Origin: a bacterium BMS3Abin02 | GTDB lineage: Bacteria; Actinomycetota; Acidimicrobiia; Spongiisociales; UBA4744 | Reading direction: 5' to 3' | NCBI GenBank assembly: GCA_002897675.1 | Contig: BDSU01000003.1 | Span: 19,449-83,448 of the forward strand | DNA length: 64,000 nucleotides | Shown here: one piece after another, positions 8,948 through 18,833 of the stretch | Layout of the letters: the number at the start of each line of letters is the position of its first letter | Numbering within the stretch: the stretch's first letter is position 1 | Made by a program: the position numbers and the translations under genes | The notes under the pieces: model-generated | Seen by the model: only the letters and a program-made list of their open reading frames with translations | Database searches by the model: none | What the model was told of the DNA's origin: nothing

Positions 8948-10558
8948 TCATGGGGCTGCGGTGGGCTCCGACCGGCTGGGGAGCCTGTAGGCACGTCGCC
9001 AGCAGTTGAGGTATTGCTCCACCTCGTATTCCCAACGGGTGTCGTGCCAGCCCAGTTCGTCTTGGACGATGGTCCGGATTCGGGGAAGGAGGTCGGCACC
9101 GCCGTCCGGGACCAGTAGGCCGACGCGAACACGCCGGAGCAGGAGGTCCTCGAGATGCACGACTGCTTCGGTTCGAGCTGCCCAGCGCAGTTCGGCCCAC
9201 AGCAGCGGTGTACCGGGGATGAGCGAGAGCTCTCCTGGACCCGCGGCCTGGATGAGGGTGGCAGCATCATTCGACCACCAGCCACCCAATCTGCGAGCCA
9301 GGTCCTCGCCGAGTTCTCCAGGTGGGACGTCATCGGCCGAATCGAGCGCAGGGGCATCGTGATCGGCGGGGGCCAGGTCCGGGATGTGGGAACGCAGAGC
9401 GTCGATGGCATCACGGGCGATGAGCCGGAACGTGGTCAACTTGCCTCCGGTGAGGGTGAGCAGACCCTGTTCGTCGAGGATGATGTAGTCGCGCGACTCC
9501 TGCGACGGATTTCGCTTGCCGCTTCCGATGACGGGACGTACGCCGGAGTAGGTGGCTGTCACATCGGCAGGGCGGATATCGAGGGCCGGGAAGAACGCGT
9601 GGACGCCTTCCAGCAGATAGTCGACTTCTCGACGGCTGATGGTCGGCTCGTCGTCGAGCGGAGCAACGTGGTCGACATCCGTGGTGCCGACGATCGTGAC
9701 GCCCTCCCAGGGGAAGAAGAACACGGGTCTGCTGTCCTTGGGATGGAGGACGGCCACCGCTTGTGGAACCGGCAGGCGCCAGGCCTGGATGATCAGGTGA
9801 CTGCCGCGTAGAGGGCGGATCATCGGCTCACCGTCGACCCGGCTCCGCAGCCGGTCGGCCCAGGCACCGGTGGCGTTGATCACCGCCTTGGCGGACGCCT
9901 CGGTGGTTCGACCCGTCTCCGTGTCCAGGACTCGCACGCCCACGACTTGGCCGTCGCGCCGGAGCAGATCGACCACTCGGGCGTAGTTGAGGGCCGTGGC
10001 ACCCGACCGGACGGCTTCTTTGAGCACTCGAAGCACAAGGCGGGCATCGTCGGTGCGGGCGTCGAGATAATGGAAGCCGCCGCGCAGGCCCGTGGCTTTG
10101 ATGTGGGGGGCCAGCAGGCGGAAGTCGCCGGCATCATGGAATGCATGACGCCATTGCAGAGCGAGGAGGTCATACAACATCAGTCCCAATCGGTCCAACA
10201 GTCGACCCGGGTGTTCGCCCCGATAGGTTGCCAGGAGGAAACCGAGCGGGTCGACCAACCCGGGTCCCTCCTGGAGGAGCCGGTTGCGTTCCCGCACCGC
10301 CGCTCGAGTGATGCCGATCTTCCCTTCCTTGAGGTAGCGGAGGCCGCCATGCACGAGCTTCGAGGAGCGGCTCGAGGCGCCCCAGGCGAAATCGCGCTGC
10401 TCGACCAGCAATGCCCGCAGACCGAGTCGGGCGGCCTCGCGCAGGATGGCGGCGCCGGTGATGCCGCCACCGACAACGACGAGGTCCCACGGGCGGTCGA
10501 GCGCGGACCAGATGGCTTCCCGTCGGCCGGCCCAAGAGTTCCCGTGTGGTGCACTCAT
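8948..10558 (-). CDS. glpD: FAD-dependent glycerol-3-phosphate dehydrogenase/oxidase family protein
   Basis: GGGITGA, SSRSSKLVHGGLRYL, DDARL, GGKLTT, EDLLLRR; start ATG 10558. Confidence 0.88.
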   Translation of the reverse strand: MSAPHGNSWAGRREAIWSALDRPWDLVVVGGGITGAAILREAARLGLRALLVEQRDFAWGASSRSSKLVHGGLRYLKEGKIGITRAAVRERNRLLQEGPGLVDPLGFLLATYRGEHPGRLLDRLGLMLYDLLALQWRHAFHDAGDFRLLAPHIKATGLRGGFHYLDARTDDARLVLRVLKEAVRSGATALNYARVVDLLRRDGQVVGVRVLDTETGRTTEASAKAVINATGAWADRLRSRVDGEPMIRPLRGSHLIIQAWRLPVPQAVAVLHPKDSRPVFFFPWEGVTIVGTTDVDHVAPLDDEPTISRREVDYLLEGVHAFFPALDIRPADVTATYSGVRPVIGSGKRNPSQESRDYIILDEQGLLTLTGGKLTTFRLIARDAIDALRSHIPDLAPADHDAPALDSADDVPPGELGEDLARRLGGWWSNDAATLIQAAGPGELSLIPGTPLLWAELRWAARTEAVVHLEDLLLRRVRVGLLVPDGGADLLPRIRTIVQDELGWHDTRWEYEVEQYLNCWRRAYRLPSRSEPTAAP

Positions 10559-12150
10559 GGCACAAGCTTTCCGGGATTCATGAGTCCGTCCGGGTCGAAG
10601 CGACGCAACGCGTCTCCGATCACCGCCACGCCCAGCGCGCCCTTCTCGGTTTGCATGTAGGGGAGGTGGTCCAGACCCACGCCATGGTGATGGCTGATCG
10701 TGCCACCGTGGGCGAGAATCGTCTCGCTGACGGCTCGCTTCAGCCGTCGAGCGCGATCGATGGTCCTCTCGAACTCGGCGGCCGTCCGGAACACGCACGT
10801 TGTGTAGACGCTCGCTCCGGTCGGGTATACGTGGGAAATGTGGGTGAAGGTGAGAATCCGCTCATCGGTGTCATGGAGGGGAGTGTGGAGGGCAGCTTCT
10901 TCGATCGCTTCCACGATTTCGGCGACATGGGTCCAGTCCGTGGCGGTTTCCCAAGTGTCGACGGCATAGCCCATTTGCCACAGGTTGTTCCGCAGATAAG
11001 GTGCGGCGAACCGGCCGGCGAGCCAGCGGTTGCCGAGTGGGCGCCCGACGTTCACGCCGCCGTGGCGTCGGATGATGCGGATGGCGATCCTGCGAGCCCG
11101 CCGCACCTCAACGGCGGCTCCGGTAAAGCCCATGATGAGCAGGCTCTTCGCCTGGCCGATCTTCCGCAGCGAAAAGACTCTCTCCATGGCTGCGATGGCT
11201 CGCGGATGCCCGGCGAGAGCGAGCGTCAGTATGGTTTCTCGGCTGGAGCTGAGTCGAAGCATGGAAAGTGGTATCCCGGCCTGAACCATCTCGCGAATGG
11301 CGTTCTGCCCTGTAGCGAAACCGGGGAAGAACACTCCGTGAAACTGTTCCCGTTCAGGGAACCGTGTCACCCGCACGGTGGCCCGGGTAAGGACCCCGAG
11401 ACGCCCTTCGGAGCCGAGCACGAGCTGGCGGAGATCCGGACCCGCCGCCGAGGCAGGGTAGGGCGGCAATTCGATGGACCCGGCAGGCGCCTCCAATCGT
11501 CCGCCGGCGAAAAGATCTTCCATGCGTCCGTATCCGAGTGACTGCTGGCCACTGGAGCGGGTGGCCACCCAGCCGCCCAGCGTCGAGTACTCGAACGATT
11601 GGGGGAAGTGCCCCAGCGTGTAGCCGCGCGCTCGGAGCTGGCCCTCGAGGTCGGGGCCCGACACGCCGGCGCCGAAGGTGGCGAGGCGGCTCACCTCGTC
11701 GAAATGGAGCAATTGGTTGATGCGTCGCATGTCGATCGTGACGACCGGGCGATCGTCCGGTTGGGGATTGATGTGGCCCAGGACGCTCGTACCGCCCCCG
11801 TAGGGGATGAGGCGAGCCCCGATATGCGCTGCCCACGTGAGTACCTCTCTGACCTCTTCTTCGGTGCGTGGCAGCACCACCCCGTCGGGGAACGAGCCGA
11901 TCCTGCCAGAGCGGAGTGCGACCCAATCGAGGAGGCTTTGGCCGCGAGCGTGCCGGAGCCGAACGCCGGGGTCTGTGAGGACCAGTGGGTGGTGGGGGAG
12001 TCTGGGGGTCGGTACCGTGGCGATCACCGACTCGAACGGCGCGTCGTCCGGAGGCGTGCCGACACCGATGACGTTGCGCAACATGTGGGCCCCGCTGGGC
12101 GACAGAGGATGGTCGGTCCCGTCGTCTCCCCAGCCGTTCCAGCGTCGCAT
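10555..12150 (-). CDS. FAD-binding oxidoreductase, alkyl-dihydroxyacetonephosphate synthase-like
   Basis: MRRWNGWG, PYGGGTSV, GHFPQSFEYSTLGGW, GSEGRLG, SHHHGVG; start ATG 12150. Confidence 0.85.
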   Translation of the reverse strand: MRRWNGWGDDGTDHPLSPSGAHMLRNVIGVGTPPDDAPFESVIATVPTPRLPHHPLVLTDPGVRLRHARGQSLLDWVALRSGRIGSFPDGVVLPRTEEEVREVLTWAAHIGARLIPYGGGTSVLGHINPQPDDRPVVTIDMRRINQLLHFDEVSRLATFGAGVSGPDLEGQLRARGYTLGHFPQSFEYSTLGGWVATRSSGQQSLGYGRMEDLFAGGRLEAPAGSIELPPYPASAAGPDLRQLVLGSEGRLGVLTRATVRVTRFPEREQFHGVFFPGFATGQNAIREMVQAGIPLSMLRLSSSRETILTLALAGHPRAIAAMERVFSLRKIGQAKSLLIMGFTGAAVEVRRARRIAIRIIRRHGGVNVGRPLGNRWLAGRFAAPYLRNNLWQMGYAVDTWETATDWTHVAEIVEAIEEAALHTPLHDTDERILTFTHISHVYPTGASVYTTCVFRTAAEFERTIDRARRLKRAVSETILAHGGTISHHHGVGLDHLPYMQTEKGALGVAVIGDALRRFDPDGLMNPGKLVP

Positions 12151-12152
12151 GG

Positions 12153-12866
12153 CTATGGGACGGTCAAGGTGGCGCTGCCGGCGCTTCGCCACAGTTCGAT
12201 GCTGTCTTCCATGACCTCCCGACTCACGCGCTCTGCAGCGTCACGATCGTTGGCCCGGGCGGCAGTCTCGAGATCCGAGTAGAAACGTCTCGACCGGTCG
12301 CGGGCCTCGGAAAGAGCGAAGTAGATACTGGCCAATCGCTCGTAGAAACCTGCGAATCCATTCAGGATGAGTGTGAAGATCGGGTTGCCGGATGCGATCG
12401 ACAATCGCCGGTGCACGTCCCAATCGAAGGCGGCGAAGGCCTCAGCCCGATCGGGAAGGTCACGATGCCGAGCGACGAGGGCTGCCACCTCGTCGGGGAC
12501 ACATGCAACTGCAGCAGCTATGTACGGCGGCGCCAGGTACAAGCGGATTTCCAGCAGATGCTCCACGAAGTCGGTGGAGAGGTGTCGCGAGTGTTCGACC
12601 AGGGCACCGAGCACGTTGAGGCCACCTTCCTGCCAGAAGTGATTCACCACCGTGCGCCTGCCCTGACGGACGGTGACCCACCCATCCCGCTCCAGGCGCT
12701 GAAGGGCCTCGCGCAACGTGGGGCGCGTGACTCCGAGACGGATAGCGAGTTGGCGTTCCCCCGGGAGCTCGGACCCTGGTGGGAACGTCCCATCCAACAC
12801 CGCCTCGACGAGCGAATGCTCGGCGTGGTCGGCCGGCCGGACGGGAGCAATCCACGTGGCGGTCAT
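12153..12866 (-). CDS. fadR: GntR-family regulator, E. coli FadR type
   Basis: GVTRPTLREALQRLERDGW, NHFWQEGGLNVL and SGNPIFTLILNGF closely follow E. coli FadR motifs. Confidence 0.8.
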   Translation of the reverse strand: MTATWIAPVRPADHAEHSLVEAVLDGTFPPGSELPGERQLAIRLGVTRPTLREALQRLERDGWVTVRQGRRTVVNHFWQEGGLNVLGALVEHSRHLSTDFVEHLLEIRLYLAPPYIAAAVACVPDEVAALVARHRDLPDRAEAFAAFDWDVHRRLSIASGNPIFTLILNGFAGFYERLASIYFALSEARDRSRRFYSDLETAARANDRDAAERVSREVMEDSIELWRSAGSATLTVP

Positions 12867-12877
12867 ACGTTGTTCCT

Positions 12878-12901
12878 AACTGGTGAGTGGTCTTACCAGT
12901 T
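12878..12901. promoter_or_regulatory. Palindromic FadR-type operator
   Basis: AACTGGTGAGTGGTCTTACCAGTT; the 17-mer GAGTGGTCTTACCAGTT (12885-12901) matches 13 of 16 defined positions of AACTGGTCnGACCAGTT; lies 12-35 bp upstream of the fadR start. Confidence 0.7.
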
Positions 12902-13718
12902 GCCATGTTACACCTGAGAACCCGGGAAGTGGATACGGAATCCGTCCGTCTTCCGGGGGTTGTCGACTCTCGTTCCGAGTCGTTCGGTCATCGTCATATG
13001 TACTGCCGATCGGCACCATGGTTCCGGTCGCCGGCCGTTCACAGAGCAGCAGAATCTCGAACGGTGCCGCCCAGGACCAGAGGCGGTTCGAACAGGCCAC
13101 CGGTCGTCGCGTGGGCTCCGGTTCGTATCTTGACGACCGACGTAATCGATTCGCGGGAACGCCACATCGGAGCCGTCGCTTTCGCAACTCTGTTCGAAGG
13201 CGAGAGGGTCACGATCGAGTGAACCGTGATGCCATGATGGCCCACTCGTGATGCTCTAACCCGGGCTGCTCGGCGAGCGGTTCGAGGTTTCATCGGCACC
13301 AATCGGCGCCGATGTTTGCGAAATGAGCGCTCACATGCAGCAAAGGCCCGATAAACCTGCGAAAGTCCGAGACAGGGTCATCGGAATCGGCCATACTGCC
13401 CGCATGCATTTTGCCAGGTGTCGCTCGAGGGCGTTTTGGCTCACCCAACATCCACGATCTGCGTCCTGCCAGAGACGGAGACGCGCGGACAACTCGGACA
13501 TCGCAGCAACTCTCTGGGCATCGCTCGACAGTCGAGTGTGTCCTCGACACGAGGAACACACCTCACACACAGCTACCGCACAGACCACCAACTTTGCTCA
13601 AAAGGAGTCCGGATGACGTGTCGATGGATGGTCGAAGAGGAGACGAAAGGACCCGCTGCATCTCCCGGTTCGCGCGAACGTTGCGGAGGCTCACCTTCCC
13701 GTGAGAGACTCTGTCATC

Positions 13719-14276
13719 ATGACGAATACTGAGATGCGTGACGCCGTCGGGCTCTTATGGCCCGAGCTCGACTGGATCCAAGATGAGGATCTCCGAGAGA
13801 GAACCCTCGCCACCTGGGTACTCGCATTCGAGCGCAGTCCGCTGGAACCGGACGACCTGCATGAGATCCCCTTTACACTGCTCGTCCCCGACTGCCCGAC
13901 GTCGTTCATGGAACACAAACGCTGTGTCGTGCACATCGCCCGCGGAGCTGCCGAAGCGATGCAGGAGTTTCTCGGGGACGCACTCACCATCGATATGGAC
14001 ACGGTGATCGCCGGCGGGATTCTGATCGATGTAGGCAAGCTGCTCGAGTACGAAAAGGTCGCCGGCGAGGCCGTCCAGAGCGAGTTGGGCCGCTACCTGC
14101 GCCATCCGTTCACAGGTGTGTCGCTCGCCATGGAGTGCGGTGTCCCCGACTCGGTTTGTCATATCATCGCCGCCCACTCCAAAGAGGGGGATCTGATCAC
14201 GCGTTCCGTGGAGGCAACGATTCTGCACCATGCCGACTTCATGAGTTTTCTTCCTTTCAAGGACCTGACGAGGTAG
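13719..14276 (+). CDS. HD/HDIG-fold protein with a degenerate HD motif
   Basis: EHKRCV, GILIDVGK (ID in place of HD), RHP, AAHS, HHADF; first gene of the operon. Confidence 0.8.
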   Translation: MTNTEMRDAVGLLWPELDWIQDEDLRERTLATWVLAFERSPLEPDDLHEIPFTLLVPDCPTSFMEHKRCVVHIARGAAEAMQEFLGDALTIDMDTVIAGGILIDVGKLLEYEKVAGEAVQSELGRYLRHPFTGVSLAMECGVPDSVCHIIAAHSKEGDLITRSVEATILHHADFMSFLPFKDLTR

Positions 14277-14282
14277 CCACCA

Positions 14283-15683
14283 ATGAAGAGTCCCCATCCC
14301 GTTTCCGAGATGATCACCGCCCCGATGGCCCGCTGGGCCGCCGACCTGACATTCGCCGACTTGTCCGAAGAGGCGGTGCGCCAGGCGAAGCGCTATCTGC
14401 TCGACTCGCTGGGTTGCGCTCTCGGCGGCTATACCCAACACGATGTGAAGATCCTGCTCGACGTCTTGGAGGAGACCGCCGGCTCGGGTCCGGCCACGGT
14501 GATTGGCACCGGCGCAAGGGTGGACGCCGTGTCCGCATCTCTTGTCAATGCCCTGATGGTGAGGGCGATGGACTACAACGACATCTACTGGCAACAGGAC
14601 CCGTCGCATCCCTCCGACATCATCCCCGGCGCTCTCGCCCTCGCCGAGCGCGCAGACGGAAACGGCAAGGAGCTATGCGTCGGAATCGTCCTTGGTCACG
14701 AATTCGAGATGCGGCTTTGCGAGGCTGCGTTTCCAGGCATTCGTGAGCGAGGCTGGCACCATGCCACCTTCACGGCTTTCGCCGCCGCCCTCGTGGCGGG
14801 GCGGATGCTGCATCTCGACGCCGAACGCATCCAACATGCAGTCGGGATCTCGGGAAGCTCCCACGGGACGTTCGGCGCGGTGACAGCCGGCAAGCTCACG
14901 ATGATGAAGAACACCGTGGATCCTCTTGCGACGCAACGCGGGGTCCTGGCCGCCCTCCTTGCAGAACGGGGCTACACAGGACCAGAGCACGTGATCGACG
15001 GCAAGGAAGGATTGGTCGAAACGCTCGGCCCCGACTGGAAACTGGACATCCTGACGGACGGGCTCGGGGAATCGTGGCGTATCACACGCTGCGGCATGAA
15101 GGCATTTCCGACCGAAGCCCTGACACATACACCGATTTCCGCAGTGCTCGACCTGGTGACGGAGCATGACCTTTCTGCAGACGACGTCGAGGAGGTCCGT
15201 ATCCGATCTCTCGCGCGAGCTGCGGACATCCTGGCGGATCCCAGCAAGTACACGCCGCACAACAGAGAGACCGCCGACCACAGCCTGCCCTACGTGATTG
15301 CTGCGGCTTTGGTCGACCGACAGGTCACGCCGCTCCAATTCACGACCGCCAAGATCGAAGATCCTCGCATTCGGGCACAGCTGAACAAGGTGATCGTGGT
15401 CGCGGACCCGGAGATCGAGAAGGACTTCCCGGCGCGGCAACGTGTCGCCGTGACCATCACCACCATCGACGGCCGAAACCTCACGAAGGAGCTGGACTAT
15501 CCAAAAGGGCATCCAAGCAATCCGCTCACCACCACTGAGATCGAGCAGAAGTTTGATGCACTTGCGGCGCCGGTCATGTCGTCAGGACGTCGCCAACAGA
15601 TCAAAGATGCCGTCTGGAACCTGGAGAACCTCGACACCGTGCGTGATCTGACCGAACTGTTGCGTGTTGATGGTGTGTCGTGA
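14283..15683 (+). CDS. prpD: MmgE/PrpD-family dehydratase
   Basis: LDSLGCALGG, DYND, HPSD, GWHH, ETADHSLPY, PKGHPSNP. Confidence 0.88.
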   Translation: MKSPHPVSEMITAPMARWAADLTFADLSEEAVRQAKRYLLDSLGCALGGYTQHDVKILLDVLEETAGSGPATVIGTGARVDAVSASLVNALMVRAMDYNDIYWQQDPSHPSDIIPGALALAERADGNGKELCVGIVLGHEFEMRLCEAAFPGIRERGWHHATFTAFAAALVAGRMLHLDAERIQHAVGISGSSHGTFGAVTAGKLTMMKNTVDPLATQRGVLAALLAERGYTGPEHVIDGKEGLVETLGPDWKLDILTDGLGESWRITRCGMKAFPTEALTHTPISAVLDLVTEHDLSADDVEEVRIRSLARAADILADPSKYTPHNRETADHSLPYVIAAALVDRQVTPLQFTTAKIEDPRIRAQLNKVIVVADPEIEKDFPARQRVAVTITTIDGRNLTKELDYPKGHPSNPLTTTEIEQKFDALAAPVMSSGRRQQIKDAVWNLENLDTVRDLTELLRVDGVS

Positions 15684-17626
15684 CCAGGCCCCAAACGGTC
15701 GTTGAGGCGATAACGCAAACCCATCTCGCCGGCACTGTCAAGAGTGGATCGGTCCAAGCCGGTGACTTTGTGACCATTCGCCCCGACCACGTGCTGACCC
15801 ACGACAACACGGCTCCCGTGCTGAAGAAGTTCCAGACGATGGGGGCAACACGCGTCTCGGATCCAAAACAGCCCGTGTTCGCTCTCGACCACGATATCCA
15901 GAACACGTCGGAGGCCAACCTGGCGAAGTACCGGAAGATCGAGGAGTTCGCCAGGAGTCAGGGCGTCGATTTCTACGCCGCCGGCGAAGGAATCGGCCAT
16001 CAGATCATGGTCGAACAGGGATATGTCACTCCCGGTTCGTTCGTCGTCGCATCCGACTCGCATGCGAATATCTACGGTGCGCTCGGAGCGATAGGAACGC
16101 CTGTCGTGCGTACCGACGCCGCCGCGATCTGGGCGACTCGCGAGTTCTGGTGGCAGGTTCCGCGCACCGTCCGCGTCGAGTTGATAGGAGAGCTTCCTTC
16201 GGGAGCAGCCGGAAAGGATGTGATCCTCATCCTATGCGGGCTCTACTCCCATGGAGAAGTACTCAATGCCGCCGTCGAATTCACCGGACCCGGAGTGAAG
16301 AGCCTGACCATGGAAGCACGGCTCACCATCTCGAACATGACGACCGAATGGGGTGCCTTGGTCGGATGGTTCCCCGTCGACCGGATCACCCTCGACTACC
16401 TCGCGTGGCGGCGTGGAGCCATCGGACCCAGAGGACGGCGACGCCTTGGTGACATCCGAGATACGGTGGCCGGTTATGCGAGCGCCGATCCGGATGCCCG
16501 CTACGCGGCGAACATCGTGTTCGACCTCGGCGAAGTCATTCCGCATGTCAACGGTCCCGATACCGTGCAGGCGACGAGGTCGCTCATGACCATCCAGGAA
16601 CAGGCCGTGTCCATCGACAAGGCCTACCTGGTCTCGTGTGTGAATTCGCGCTTCGAGGATCTCGCCGCGGCAGCGAGGGAACTCGTGGGCAGACACGTCG
16701 CGGACGGCGTCGAGCTGTATTTCGCTGCAGCCAGTCGCGAGGTTCAAGAGCGTGCCGAAGCTGCCGGACACTGGCAGACGATCCTCGATGCGGGCGGGCG
16801 ACCGTTGCCACCCGGGTGCGGTCCGTGCATCGGTCTTGGGACCGGTCTGCTCGCAGCGGGGGAGGTGGGGATCTCTGCGACGAACCGCAACTTCAAAGGC
16901 CGCATGGGCTCACGCGACGCTCAATGCTATCTCGCCAGCCCTCAGGTGGTGGCCGCCTCCGCGGTGGCCGGCCATATCTGTGGTCCGGGTGACTGGCCAG
17001 ACCATGTTCTGCAGCCGAGTATCGACGTCGCCGACCGCTCGGTGCCAGATGTTGCGAAGAGTGTGACGATCAAAGAAGGGTTCCCTGCCCGGCTGGAAGG
17101 CCGGATCGTGTTGCTCACCCAGGACAACATCAATACCGACGGCATCTATGGCAAGGACTACACCTATCGTGACGACATGACTCCCGAAGCCATGGCCCGT
17201 GTCGTCATGGAGAACTACGATCCGGAGTTCGCCTCCATGATCCGACCCGGTGACATCCTCATCGGCGGTCACAACTTCGGGACAGGCTCGAGTCGGGAAC
17301 AGGCGGCGACCGCTCTCCAGGCGGCGGGCATTGCCATGGTGATTGCCTCCAGCTACTCACAGACGTACCTGCGCAATGCATTCAACAACGGCTTTGTGTG
17401 CGTCGAATGCCCTGAGCTCGTCGCCTACCTGCGGGAGATGTTCGCAACGGCGATCGACCGCGGCGCCCGTTCCATCTTCTCGGATGACACGTTGAGTGTC
17501 GACTTCACGACCGGGAAGGTCTCCGTCGAAAACCGCGTGTTCCGTTTTCCCGTCCTCGGTGAAGTTCCCCAATCTCTCGTGGCGGCGGGCGGTCTGGAGA
17601 ACGCCGTTCGCCGGAGGCTTTCATGA
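15680..17626 (+). CDS. lysF: Single-chain homoaconitase-like aconitase (fungal Lys4/LysF type)
   Basis: THDN, GIGHQ, ASDSH, RTDAAAIWAT.FWWQVP, SCVNSR, CGPCIG, SATNRNFKGRMG, fused swivel domain GTGSSREQA. Confidence 0.82.
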   Translation: MTRPQTVVEAITQTHLAGTVKSGSVQAGDFVTIRPDHVLTHDNTAPVLKKFQTMGATRVSDPKQPVFALDHDIQNTSEANLAKYRKIEEFARSQGVDFYAAGEGIGHQIMVEQGYVTPGSFVVASDSHANIYGALGAIGTPVVRTDAAAIWATREFWWQVPRTVRVELIGELPSGAAGKDVILILCGLYSHGEVLNAAVEFTGPGVKSLTMEARLTISNMTTEWGALVGWFPVDRITLDYLAWRRGAIGPRGRRRLGDIRDTVAGYASADPDARYAANIVFDLGEVIPHVNGPDTVQATRSLMTIQEQAVSIDKAYLVSCVNSRFEDLAAAARELVGRHVADGVELYFAAASREVQERAEAAGHWQTILDAGGRPLPPGCGPCIGLGTGLLAAGEVGISATNRNFKGRMGSRDAQCYLASPQVVAASAVAGHICGPGDWPDHVLQPSIDVADRSVPDVAKSVTIKEGFPARLEGRIVLLTQDNINTDGIYGKDYTYRDDMTPEAMARVVMENYDPEFASMIRPGDILIGGHNFGTGSSREQAATALQAAGIAMVIASSYSQTYLRNAFNNGFVCVECPELVAYLREMFATAIDRGARSIFSDDTLSVDFTTGKVSVENRVFRFPVLGEVPQSLVAAGGLENAVRRRLS

Positions 17627-17651
17627 CATGACAACGCACAAGGAGGATGCA

Positions 17652-18833
17652 ATGACTCGAAGGACCGTCGTGACGATGCCAGGTGATGGCATCGGCGCCT
17701 TTGTCCTCCCTGAATCGATCCGCGTCCTCGACGCCGTCGGTTTCGAAGCAGACTACGTCCAGGCCGACATCGGCTGGGAGTGCTGGCGGGAACAGGGCAA
17801 CCCCCTCCCTGAGGCTACGATCGATCTTCTGGCCAAGCACAAGCTCGGTCTGTTCGGCGCGATCACCTCCAAGCCAAAGGCAGCGGCGGAAGCGGAGCTC
17901 GCTCCTGAATTACGCGGCCAGGGCCACGTGTACTTCAGCCCAATCGTGAGCCTTCGTCAGCGCTTCGGCCTGGACATCTGCGTTCGACCCTGTCGTTCCT
18001 ACACGGGCAATCCGCTCAATTTCGTTCGCCAAACCGGTAACGGTGTCGAGGAGCCGCCCGTAGACGCGGTGATCTTTCGTCAGAACACCGAAGGTCTCTA
18101 CGCCGGTATCGAGTGGACCGATCCTCCCGCCGAGGTTCTTGCGGCGCTGGCAACGCACCCCAAGTTTGCGCCGTTCACCTCGATTCCGAGCGCCGATCTG
18201 GCGATCTCCACCCGCATATTTTCACGGAACGCATGCCGGCGCATCGTCCGTTCCGCTTTCGAATACGCCACAAAGCACGGCTACGAGACGGTCACCGTGT
18301 GTGAGAAGCCCAACGTCCTGAGGGAAACATCGGGCATGCTCGAGGAGGTCGCGAAAGAGATCGGCGCCGACTACCCGGACATCGAGCGACGGTCGACGAA
18401 CATCGATGCCCAGATGATGTGGCTCACCAAGAACCCGGAGAACTACGGAGTCCTGGTGGCAGGAAACCTGTTCGGTGACATCATCTCCGACGGCTTCGCA
18501 GGACTGGTCGGTGGGCTCGGGTTCGCCTGCTCGGGGAACATCGGGGACGAGGTGGCAGTATTCGAACCGACACACGGCTCGGCGCCCAAATACGCGAACC
18601 TGGCGCCGTCGATTGTCAACCCGATCGCCATGATTCTGGCGTCTGCAATGCTGCTCGATCATGTAGGAGAGGAAGACGGGGCCGACCGGATCAGAGAAGC
18701 AGTCGGGAACGTCATTCGTGATGGTGCGGTCAGAACCTACGACATGATGCACCTTCCCGGAGGGCCGGGAGTCGTCGACGCGGGTGCTGCGACCACCTCC
18801 GAAATGACCGACGCCATTGTGAGCGCCTTATGA
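17652..18833 (+). CDS. Isocitrate/isopropylmalate-family beta-decarboxylating dehydrogenase (homoisocitrate dehydrogenase-like)
   Basis: PGDGIG, LFGAITS, YFSPIVSLRQ, RQNTEGLY, NLFGDIISD, FEPTHGSAPKY; AGGAGG before ATG 17652. Confidence 0.88.
   Translation: MTRRTVVTMPGDGIGAFVLPESIRVLDAVGFEADYVQADIGWECWREQGNPLPEATIDLLAKHKLGLFGAITSKPKAAAEAELAPELRGQGHVYFSPIVSLRQRFGLDICVRPCRSYTGNPLNFVRQTGNGVEEPPVDAVIFRQNTEGLYAGIEWTDPPAEVLAALATHPKFAPFTSIPSADLAISTRIFSRNACRRIVRSAFEYATKHGYETVTVCEKPNVLRETSGMLEEVAKEIGADYPDIERRSTNIDAQMMWLTKNPENYGVLVAGNLFGDIISDGFAGLVGGLGFACSGNIGDEVAVFEPTHGSAPKYANLAPSIVNPIAMILASAMLLDHVGEEDGADRIREAVGNVIRDGAVRTYDMMHLPGGPGVVDAGAATTSEMTDAIVSAL

Noticed and set aside
14283-15683. Standard methylcitrate cycle
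   Set aside because: No prpB, prpC or prpE/prpF in the operon; the partners are LysF-like and citrate-lyase-like instead.
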